This document shows, piece by piece, positions 46,748 to 54,135 of a stretch of DNA of 57,986 bases. Source of the DNA: Desulfobacteraceae bacterium (GTDB lineage Bacteria > Desulfobacterota > Desulfobacteria > Desulfobacterales > JAABSP01); contig JAABSZ010000005.1 of the NCBI GenBank assembly GCA_011390135.1, forward strand, positions 1-57,986, in the 5' to 3' direction. The notes below the pieces were generated by a model. The model saw only the letters and a program-made list of their open reading frames with translations, did no database searches and had not been told where the DNA came from. The position numbers and the translations under genes are program-made. Numbering within the stretch: the stretch's first letter is position 1; each line of letters begins with the position of its first letter.

Positions 46748-46944
46748 AGGCCGGTTTTGTGCGATTCTGAAATGAAAGGGAGGACCCCGTTTTTGCAAGA
46801 TCACCGAGATCTCCGGAATCGGAGAAGAAAAAAGAACGACAGGCAGATAAACCGCGCAGGCGAACGTCATCGATTCTTCTCGTAACCCTCGTCCTTACAC
46901 TGGTAATCGCCGGGGTCATCTATCTGCTCTCCCGGTACGGTGCA

Positions 46945-47505
46945 GTGGGGGGTATAGAGACCATCATCAATTTTATCAAGGATGAGAAGACCCACCCTGC
47001 GCTGTTTATCTCCCTGATGACCTTTCTGCCGCTGTTTGGCTTTCCCATCAGCCTATTTCTGATCACGGCAGGGGTCAAATTCGGGATCATTTGGGGGCTT
47101 CTGGTCAGTGCGCTGACCATGCTGTTCCATGTTATCGCCTCTTTTGCCATCGCCCGATATCTCTTCAAGCAGCATATCGAGGCATTGGTGGCAAAGACCA
47201 AATACACCATTCCCCAAGTGCCGGAGGAGAAGATTCTTCTATTTGCCCTGATCTTCACAGCGGTTCCCGGCCTTCCCTACACCTTGAAAAACTATGTACT
47301 CGCTGTTGCCGGGGTTCCGTTCCGCTATTTTCTTCCCATTGCCTGGGGGGTGCAGTGGATCATGGGGGTCGTCTTTTTAGGCATCGGCAGCGGAGCGGCT
47401 GAAATGGACTGGAAACTGCTGTCGATCTTCGGGGGCATTTTGGTGGCAGGCTATTTTTTTATCCGCCGGCTCAACAGACGGTACGGCCATATTGTCCAGG
47501 GATAG
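46945..47505 (+). CDS. TVP38/TMEM64 (SNARE-associated, DedA-related) family membrane protein; N-terminus probably incomplete as called
   Basis: ..LFISLMTFLPLFGFPISLFLITAGVKFGIIWG.. is the family core. The same frame upstream encodes a further TM helix (ILLVTLVLTLVIAGVIYLL) with no canonical start codon (see finding). Confidence 0.75.
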   Translation: MGGIETIINFIKDEKTHPALFISLMTFLPLFGFPISLFLITAGVKFGIIWGLLVSALTMLFHVIASFAIARYLFKQHIEALVAKTKYTIPQVPEEKILLFALIFTAVPGLPYTLKNYVLAVAGVPFRYFLPIAWGVQWIMGVVFLGIGSGAAEMDWKLLSIFGGILVAGYFFIRRLNRRYGHIVQG

Positions 47506-47642
47506 CTGAAGACTATCGAAGGGTCTGCGGCCTGAGTTATCTTTTTTTACATTATAATCTGACCCCTATACTTATCCTTCCTACTTCTCTTTAAGCTTTG
47601 GATGCAGCAACAACCACTGACTTGAAAAACCTCATGTGCCTC

Positions 47643-48632
47643 TTAGCTATATCGTTCATCCATGTAGAAACTGAGGAATAAGTCCAGTTTTAGAATTCTG
47701 TCTAACACCTCATTATTTTCAATTGGTATTTGCCGAAAGGCTGCTTGACGGATCATTGTAGTGATATAGAAAGGATTGCCGCCACACCGGTCTGCAACAA
47801 CTGGGGCCATTTTTTCGGAAAGCTCCGCATCGTAATAGGCCGCCACTTTTTTGGCCAGTTCTGCGCCCCAATAGCCGGTCATGGCATCAAGGGTACGAAT
47901 CTTAAATTTTCCACATGCATGCCAACTAAATTTCTCCTGTACCGAATCATTTATTTCTGAGCCGGTGACGAAATGAGGGCAGTTCGGCGATTCCACGGCC
48001 TCCTGCATGAAGCCGGTCAGTTCGAAATTGTGCCGGGGCAGGCGGATGTTCTGGAACTCGTCTAAAAAGACGACAATGGTGGAATCGTCGGAATCGGCCA
48101 CCCGCCGCGCGGCATCCAGCGCATCCCGCTGGGGAAAAGGGGTATCCTTCCGGCAGATCGCATCATGCCAGTCGAGCATCCAGTCCAGGCGCCCGGTAAA
48201 AGGAAAGCGTTCTTTGGCTTCATGAACCGTCCGGATCAGCGCATCCCCGGTGATCCGTTTTTCGACGATCCAGGGCTGGCGGGTGTAAAAACCGACATAA
48301 TAGCGGATCAGGTTCTCCAGATAATCGACGACAAACGCGGTGACATCCATCGGCTGATCCGGAAAGCTGTAGTAGACGGGAACCACCGCGTTTGGATCTT
48401 CCGGGTGCTGCTCGAAAAAGAGCCGGTTGACCACCCGCTTGAAGATCTCGGTCTTGCCCATCCGGCGCTGACCCAGCAGCACCGTGGACATGGTGCGCCG
48501 GCGAGCCGCCTCTGTCGCGGCATGGTAAAGGTATTCCAGATGCTCCTCCCGGTCCGTATAGACCGGCTCCGGAACCAGGGGTTTGATCACCCAGGGAACG
48601 GACTTTGGCAAAATAGCACTTTCAGGACTCAT
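47643..48632 (-). CDS. AAA-type ATP-binding protein (archaeal-ATPase/DUF234-associated family), apparently lacking the usual C-terminal domain
   Basis: LLGQRRMGKTEIF (Walker A) and IVVFLDEFQNI (Walker B). The last ~30 codons become AT-rich and run into an AT-rich gap. Confidence 0.7.
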   Translation of the reverse strand: MSPESAILPKSVPWVIKPLVPEPVYTDREEHLEYLYHAATEAARRRTMSTVLLGQRRMGKTEIFKRVVNRLFFEQHPEDPNAVVPVYYSFPDQPMDVTAFVVDYLENLIRYYVGFYTRQPWIVEKRITGDALIRTVHEAKERFPFTGRLDWMLDWHDAICRKDTPFPQRDALDAARRVADSDDSTIVVFLDEFQNIRLPRHNFELTGFMQEAVESPNCPHFVTGSEINDSVQEKFSWHACGKFKIRTLDAMTGYWGAELAKKVAAYYDAELSEKMAPVVADRCGGNPFYITTMIRQAAFRQIPIENNEVLDRILKLDLFLSFYMDERYS

Positions 48633-48647
48633 TCCAAGCCATTCTCC

Positions 48648-48911
48648 TCATTTTTCCGCAGGATCATCGGCCTCCTGCTCCTGCACCACCCCCATCTGGC
48701 GCACCACTTCCCGGACATGCTCCTCATCTCCGGTTTGGCCCCTTTTCCGCTCGTCGAGCTTCTGCACCGCAGATGTCCGGCCGTAGAGCATTATCGTATC
48801 ATAGGGAAGCAGCTTCGTATTTCCCATGGGCCCGCCGATATAGGTTCCGTCCTTCCGGGTGACGAGAATCGAAAGAACCATTATTGTCAGCAGCGTAATA
48901 AGAGAAAGCAT
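48648..48911 (-). CDS. 87-aa protein with one TM helix and a TrkA-C/RCK_C-like segment (possible remnant)
   Basis: MLSLITLLTIMVLSILV, then TRKDGTYIGGPMGNTKLLPYDTIMLYGRTSAVQKLDE, which resembles RCK C-terminal domains. It sits 15 nt from both neighbours. Confidence 0.45.
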   Translation of the reverse strand: MLSLITLLTIMVLSILVTRKDGTYIGGPMGNTKLLPYDTIMLYGRTSAVQKLDERKRGQTGDEEHVREVVRQMGVVQEQEADDPAEK

Positions 48912-48926
48912 AATCCCAACTGATCG

Positions 48927-50282
48927 TCAGATCTCTTTGACGGCCTTGCGGGCCGCGACCACAACCGGGTCCCAGACCGGAGAGAAGGGCGGCGCGTAGC
49001 TCAGATCGAGAAAGACCATCTGCTCCACCGTAAATCCGGCATGAAGGCAGGTGGCAATGGTGTCGATCCGCTTGCCGGACTCCTGTTTGCCCACGATCTG
49101 GCCTCCCAAGAGCCTTCCGCTCCCCTTTTCCGCATGGATCTTGACCGTGATCTCCGCGGCCCCGGGATAGTAGCCCGGCTTGTTCCTGGTCTTGACCTTT
49201 CCGGTGATGAACTCCCACCCCAGATCCTCGATCTCCTTTTGGCTCAATCCGGTGCGGGAGATCTCGGTCTCCATGAACTTTGTGATGGCCGTTCCGATCG
49301 CACCCGGAAAGACCGCATCGTCGCCGCCGATGTTGATCCCGGCCACCATCCCCTGCTTGTTGGCAACGGTTCCCAGTGCCACATAGAAGGGCTTTTTGCT
49401 GATCAGGTGATGGGTCTGGACGCAGTCTCCCGCGGACCAGACGCCCTCGATCCCGGTCTGCTGCCGCTCGTTTACGATGATGCCGTCCCGGACGCCTACG
49501 GGAATCCCGGCCGCCTTGGCCAGATCCGAGTTGGGCCTCACCCCGGTCCCGAGAACCACGATGTCTGCCGGCAGCACCCGGTTTTCCGTGATCACGGCCG
49601 TGACTTTTCCGTCCTTGAGTTCGATGCCGGTGAGCGCCTCCTCCCGGTAGAGGTGAATCTTGTGATCGATGAGTGACTGGGAGACGATCGCGCCCATATC
49701 CGGGTCCAGCGTCCCCATCACCTCGGGAGCCATCTCCACCAGCGAGACCTCCATCCCCCGCATCAGCATGGCCTCGGCCATCTCCAGGCCGATGTATCCG
49801 CCGCCGATCACCACGCCCCGCCTCGGCTTCTCCCGATCGACCACCCCCTTGAAGATCATCCCGCTCTTCAGGGTCGTGAGCGCGTAGATCCCCTCCGCAT
49901 CGATGTTTTCGATGGGTGGGCGGAGCGCGACCGCGCCTGTCGCGACCATCAGTTGATCAAAGGGCTCCCACCACTCCTTTCCGGTATCGAGATTTTCGAC
50001 CCGGACCCTTCTGGCGGAAAGATCGATCTCCGTCACCTCATGGCGAACATATGCGTCGATGTCCTGATTCTTCTTGAAGGCTTCCGGGGTTCTTGCCACC
50101 AGATCGTTTTCGTCATCGACAAGACTGCCGATGTAATAGGGAACCCCTCAGGCCGAATAGGATGTGTGCGGACTCTTTTCAAAGGCTATGATCTCCATCT
50201 CCGGCTTCCGCCGACGGGCCTGGGAGGCCGCGCTCATCCCGGCCGCGTCTCCGCCGATTACTACCAGTCGCTCTTTTTTCAT
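48927..50282 (-). CDS. FAD-dependent pyridine-nucleotide-disulfide oxidoreductase of the CoA-disulfide reductase/NADH oxidase family, with in-frame TGA (predicted selenocysteine) at codon 45
   Basis: Track ORF 48927..50099 lacks the FAD-binding N-terminus. The same frame continues upstream: ATG 50282 (AGGAGG 8 nt upstream), MKKERLVVIGGDAAGMSAASQARR..SPHTSYSA-TGA(50148..50150)-GVPYYIGSLV.. The TGA aligns with the family's catalytic Cys (S-[FY]-x-x-C-G-[LIV]-P-Y). Confidence 0.75.
50114..50133 (-). promoter_or_regulatory. Candidate bacterial SECIS hairpin
   Basis: mRNA 5'-CAUCGGC[AGUCUU]GUCGAUG-3' forms a 7-bp stem starting 14 nt after the UGA, with a G at the second loop position. An outer helix GGGGUUC (50141..50147) / GAACCCC (50086..50092) encloses it. 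Confidence 0.45.
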
Positions 50283-51250
50283 CTGAATTCCCTCCTTGTC
50301 TGAAGGCTGATATGTTCAGGGTTCTCTTCGATTCCGTCTCCGCTTTTCAACACCCTCTCCGCTTCTCGACACCCTCTCCGCTTCTCGACACCCTCTCCGC
50401 TTCTCGACAAATGCTGGGAAGAATCTGCGGTCGAATGAGGAGCATGTCCCAGATCCCATCCCCTTTCATCATCATGGTGAAACCGCTGTTTCCGATAATG
50501 GCCGAAACCGCGGCCCTCCCACATCCGAACCTCCAGTTCGATCTGATCTCCCTCCACCGAGATGGTATTGTAGGCGTTCTTCTCCTTCCGGACCCGGTTG
50601 GAGGTGGCTGTCCCCGCCTGGATTACCAGCACGGAGCGGGCCAGAGTCCGGTAGACGGAATGGGAGCCGCCAGCGTAGCTCATATGAAAGTGGCCGGCCA
50701 GGAGCAGATCGAGGTTGCAGCTCTCCAGGGTCGTAAGAACCTTTCCAGCGCTGCCCATCAGCCGCCTTTTCAGGTCGTCCGGTGGCGGCAGAAAGGGATG
50801 GTGGGTGACCAGGATCTTCCGGATCTCCCGGGGAATCCCGCAGAAATGCTCCCGGATGATCTCCACCTGCTTTGCAGAGATGCTGCCGTTCGTGAAGGTG
50901 AAGGATCTCGCGGTGTTGACCCCGAGTACAGCGATCTCGTCATCGGCATAAAACGGGCTGAAATCGTTAGTGATATACCGCTCAAACCGCTTCAATGGCC
51001 GCAGAAACCGCCGGCCCACATCATACAGGGGAACATCATGGTTTCCCGGAACCACGATCTTTTGAAAGGGAATCCGCCTTAAAAAATCCCTTGCCGCTCG
51101 ATACTGCCACGGCCGGGCCCGCTGGGTCAGATCCCCGCTCACCGCCACCAGATCGGGATTCAGCGATTTCAAATCCGCCACCAGAGCCTCTGCGATTTCC
51201 GGGACCACCCTGCCGAAATGGATGTCTGAGATATGTGCGATCCGCTTCAT
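50279..51250 (-). CDS. Calcineurin-like metallophosphoesterase
   Basis: IAHISDIHFG, VSGDLT, VPGNHD, and GHFH later on are the MPE motifs. ATGA overlaps occur at both ends (with the lipid-kinase gene and the Sec-flavoprotein gene). The C-terminal ~45 aa are low-complexity and encoded by a 19-bp tandem repeat. Confidence 0.85.
   Translation of the reverse strand: MKRIAHISDIHFGRVVPEIAEALVADLKSLNPDLVAVSGDLTQRARPWQYRAARDFLRRIPFQKIVVPGNHDVPLYDVGRRFLRPLKRFERYITNDFSPFYADDEIAVLGVNTARSFTFTNGSISAKQVEIIREHFCGIPREIRKILVTHHPFLPPPDDLKRRLMGSAGKVLTTLESCNLDLLLAGHFHMSYAGGSHSVYRTLARSVLVIQAGTATSNRVRKEKNAYNTISVEGDQIELEVRMWEGRGFGHYRKQRFHHDDERGWDLGHAPHSTADSSQHLSRSGEGVEKRRGCREAERVLKSGDGIEENPEHISLQTRREFR
50332..50407. 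repeat. 19-bp tandem repeat: 3 perfect copies plus 1 degenerate copy
   Basis: caccctctccgcttctcga occurs at 50351..50369, 50370..50388 and 50389..50407. It is preceded by ttccgtctccgcttttcaa (14/19 match). Confidence 0.9.
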
Positions 51251-52155
51251 TCTTCAAGCTTTGGGATCATCATCCGCAGATATCGGGGCCGGATTCGGAA
51301 GTTCAAGGGCGTTCGAAACCGGACGAACTCGCCGTCGGCCAGGGCCTTGAGCCTCTTCTTCCGGCTGTGGATCGTAAATTCCTGGGTCAGAATCGACTTG
51401 AGTTCCGGAACCTCCTTGAACCGGCGCTTGAAGATCGCATAGAGCCCCAATTTGAACATGAAGAGCCGGGCCGGGGGCTTGACCTGGGGAGAATAGAGAA
51501 CGCTCAGGTTCCCGTCCGTCAGGGAGAGACGCTGCATCAGAGAGAAGATATCGGTCTCGAACCGGTTGACCCCCACAAATACAAAGGGGGCACGGATGAA
51601 TTCGGCATCATCCACAGATTCCAGATAGCCCGACATCAGGGGCGGCTGGAGTGCAGCCTTGAACGCGGCAAACGCGACCGCGGCAATCTTCCCGATATTC
51701 ATCTTTTTCCGATACACCTCCCGCATCTCCACGGCCTTCCGATGGATGCCCAATGAGATATTGTGGACAAAGATATAGCCGTTGATCTCCCCCACATCGA
51801 TCTCTTCGATCCGGCCCGCCGTCAGGGTTTTGACCGCGGTCTCCACATCCAGCGGTATGTGAAGATCCCTTGCGATCAGGTTGAAGGTACCCAGGGGAAG
51901 CACGCCGATGGGCTTTTCGGTTCCCGCGAGCGCGTTGACGGTTCGGTTGATGGTTCCGTCGCCTCCGCCCACGATCAGGATCTCCGAAGAACTCTCTGCG
52001 GCTTTCAATATCTCCTTTCCCATGTCATCGGGAGGGGCCCAGACCAAGCGGGAATTGGGGCAGCAGGTTTCAAAGAGCTGAACCAGATGGGATCTCCGCT
52101 GTCGGCCTCCGGCTCCGGAAAAATAACCGGCTCCGAGGTTGAGAACCACGACCAT
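51247..52155 (-). CDS. Diacylglycerol-kinase-catalytic-domain lipid kinase (YegS/BmrU family)
   Basis: ILIVGGGDGTINRTVNAL..PIGVLPLGTFNLIARDL is the DAGK_cat signature. The start is set at MVVVLNLG (52155) because the track start 52338 would overlap the upstream gene by 116 nt. Confidence 0.8.
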   Translation of the reverse strand: MVVVLNLGAGYFSGAGGRQRRSHLVQLFETCCPNSRLVWAPPDDMGKEILKAAESSSEILIVGGGDGTINRTVNALAGTEKPIGVLPLGTFNLIARDLHIPLDVETAVKTLTAGRIEEIDVGEINGYIFVHNISLGIHRKAVEMREVYRKKMNIGKIAAVAFAAFKAALQPPLMSGYLESVDDAEFIRAPFVFVGVNRFETDIFSLMQRLSLTDGNLSVLYSPQVKPPARLFMFKLGLYAIFKRRFKEVPELKSILTQEFTIHSRKKRLKALADGEFVRFRTPLNFRIRPRYLRMMIPKLEE

Positions 52156-52222
52156 CGACTTCCGGGACAAGCCATGGTCCTGTTCCAGGTTTTCATCGGG
52201 AACGGATGAATTCAATGAAGGA

Positions 52223-52597
52223 TTACCTCCGCTCCTTTGCCGCAAAATCTTTGAAATAATCGAGGATCGTCTTCTCCTTGTAATCGGTGAACTCCCCGGC
52301 ATCGAAGAAGACGCCGTAGCAGACCCCGCAGGATTCATACCAGATATGGGGCTGATCCTTGTCCACCATCCGGATCATCTGAGCCCGGCAGACCGGGCAG
52401 TTGACCTCATCGATCTCATTGTATTTTCTGCCGGTCTCCGGATCACCGGAATCGATGATCTCAGAGCCGGGAATCCCTTTGAGCTTTTCATGCTCGAGCA
52501 TGTCGAACCAGAGCCCTTTACAGCCAAGGCAGCGGTCAACAGTCACCTCATCGTATTCGATCTTCTCCATATCCGTTTGGCACTTGGGGCATTTCAT
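52223..52597 (-). CDS. TFIIB-type zinc-ribbon (zf-TFIIB, PF13453-like) protein, two ribbon units
   Basis: MKCPKCQTDMEKIEYDEVTVDRCLGCKGLWFDMLEHEKL and CPVCRAQM..ESCGVCYGVFFDAGEF. AGGAGAG lies upstream of the ATG at 52597. Confidence 0.75.
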   Translation of the reverse strand: MKCPKCQTDMEKIEYDEVTVDRCLGCKGLWFDMLEHEKLKGIPGSEIIDSGDPETGRKYNEIDEVNCPVCRAQMIRMVDKDQPHIWYESCGVCYGVFFDAGEFTDYKEKTILDYFKDFAAKERR

Positions 52598-52613
52598 GGT
52601 GATCTCTCCTTCT

Positions 52614-53447
52614 TTACCGTCTCGCATGAGTATTCTTTTCGATATCAAAGATGACCAGCAGGATCTCGGCATAGACCCGGATGCTCAGCAGATAGAGGAA
52701 TAAGACCAGGATTCCGAGCAGGGGTCTTATGATCTGCCCCTGCATAAAACCCATGACAATGGCAATGATCATCAGAATGGCTCCGACGACCATTCCCACG
52801 GCATAGAGGATCTTGATGAGCGGCGGGGTGAAATAGCGGGTAAAGGAGAAATCGATCAATCCCTTCAGAGCATCCACCGGCGATCGACTTCTCGGCTTTC
52901 CCACCTCAGATTCCGACTCGGAAGGCTCCAGTCTTTCCTGGCAATGTTTACACTTGATCGCCTTTTTTCGGATGCGCTCATCACAATAGGGGCAGCGGAC
53001 AAGCTCTGCATCGTTCTCCTCTGCATCGGCCTCTTTTTCACGATCCATCAGCGGCGATTTTACGGTAGTGCTGGATCGATGCAAAGCTTCGGTGATCTTC
53101 GGCTCTCCGCTTGGGGCCGGAGGAGATGGGGCAGATTCCGGTTCCGACCGCGGAACATAGTCGGGAAAAGGGGTTCCGCAATAGACACAGGCCGCTCTCG
53201 GATGCTGCTTATGTCTGCACTTGGAACATTGAACCATCTCCTCCCCGTCCTTGTTTTGGGAAGAGGGTTTTGAAGAATCCTTCTGCGGTTTTGGGGGTCG
53301 CTTTTTCGGCGCGATCGGGGGATCTCCCCCTTTTTGGATCGGAAAACGGGTGCTGCACTTGGGACACCGGATCTTGACCTCCTTATCCGGAACCTTTGCA
53401 TCATCGATCTGGGAGGTGAAACTGCAGTTGGGGCATTGAACTTTCAT
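52614..53447 (-). CDS. Multi-zinc-ribbon protein (MJ0042-type finger) with C-terminal DUF4282-like membrane domain
   Basis: MKVQCPNCSF..IRCPKCSTRF (MJ0042-type), CSKC..CVYCG, and CPYCDERIRKKAIKCKHCQERLE. Then DFSFTRYFTPPLIKILY plus two TM helices (DUF4282 pattern). An alternative ATG lies at 53459. Confidence 0.7.
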   Translation of the reverse strand: MKVQCPNCSFTSQIDDAKVPDKEVKIRCPKCSTRFPIQKGGDPPIAPKKRPPKPQKDSSKPSSQNKDGEEMVQCSKCRHKQHPRAACVYCGTPFPDYVPRSEPESAPSPPAPSGEPKITEALHRSSTTVKSPLMDREKEADAEENDAELVRCPYCDERIRKKAIKCKHCQERLEPSESESEVGKPRSRSPVDALKGLIDFSFTRYFTPPLIKILYAVGMVVGAILMIIAIVMGFMQGQIIRPLLGILVLFLYLLSIRVYAEILLVIFDIEKNTHARR

Positions 53448-53473
53448 CCGCTCTACCATCTCCTCTGTGATGA

Positions 53474-54001
53474 TTATTCGTAGATGAACTCCCTGACTTT
53501 CAACACACCGCCGCCGGGAACCGGGATCTCCCGTTCGATCACGCGCACCGGCTGATCATCGGCATCGTCCGAATCAGAGCCGGGCAGCGCCGCCTTCACC
53601 CCGGCGATCTTGCGTTTTCCGGCATGGGCCGCCACCGGCGCCTCCGGGGCTTTACCGGAGGCAGCCGCAGCCTCCTCCTCGGGCCCCAAGAGCCAGATCA
53701 CTTTTCCCTGTGCCGCGCTTTCGGGCACAGCCCTCTCCGGAGGGGAAGCGGACAATTCAGGGGCCGGGGCCGGCGGGGCAATGGCTTTCACCCCCTCTTT
53801 GAGACATCTGTTGAACTGGCGCTCATCTTTTGCAACCGAACGGCAATCCTTCCATCGGGAGATCATAACCCGGTATTCGGCCTCCGAGAGGGGATTTCCT
53901 TCAGGATCGAAAAATCGGGTATCCTGCGCCCACAGGGAAGGAGCAAACAGCAGATGCAATCCAGCGGCAATGATCCAGCCGGCAGCCCAAAATCCTCTCA
54001 T
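53474..54001 (-). CDS. Secreted protein, unknown function (175 aa)
   Basis: MRGFWAAGWIIAAGLHLLFAPSLWAQ is a signal peptide. GGAGGAGGGGG lies upstream of the ATG at 54001. The longer track ORF (to 54586) overlaps the SBP gene and is rejected. Confidence 0.6.
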   Translation of the reverse strand: MRGFWAAGWIIAAGLHLLFAPSLWAQDTRFFDPEGNPLSEAEYRVMISRWKDCRSVAKDERQFNRCLKEGVKAIAPPAPAPELSASPPERAVPESAAQGKVIWLLGPEEEAAAASGKAPEAPVAAHAGKRKIAGVKAALPGSDSDDADDQPVRVIEREIPVPGGGVLKVREFIYE

Positions 54002-54135
54002 GCCCCCTCCTCTTCTGGTTCCATAGAGATTCCATACATTATCCAAGGGTACGTGAATCGAGGAAAAAATGCAACTCCCTTCCCCATGTTGGAGACGATT
54101 CGAAGATAAAGCGGCAAGGGTCCGGAAATCTCCTG

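Noticed and set aside
43336-48632. Possibility that the MoxR ATPase, the archaeal-type AAA ATPase and neighbouring small genes form an anti-phage defence island.
   Set aside because: There are no nuclease, methylase, helicase, reverse transcriptase or toxin effector genes, no integrase or tRNA boundary, and the ATPases are not adjacent to each other. The evidence is insufficient to claim a defence system.
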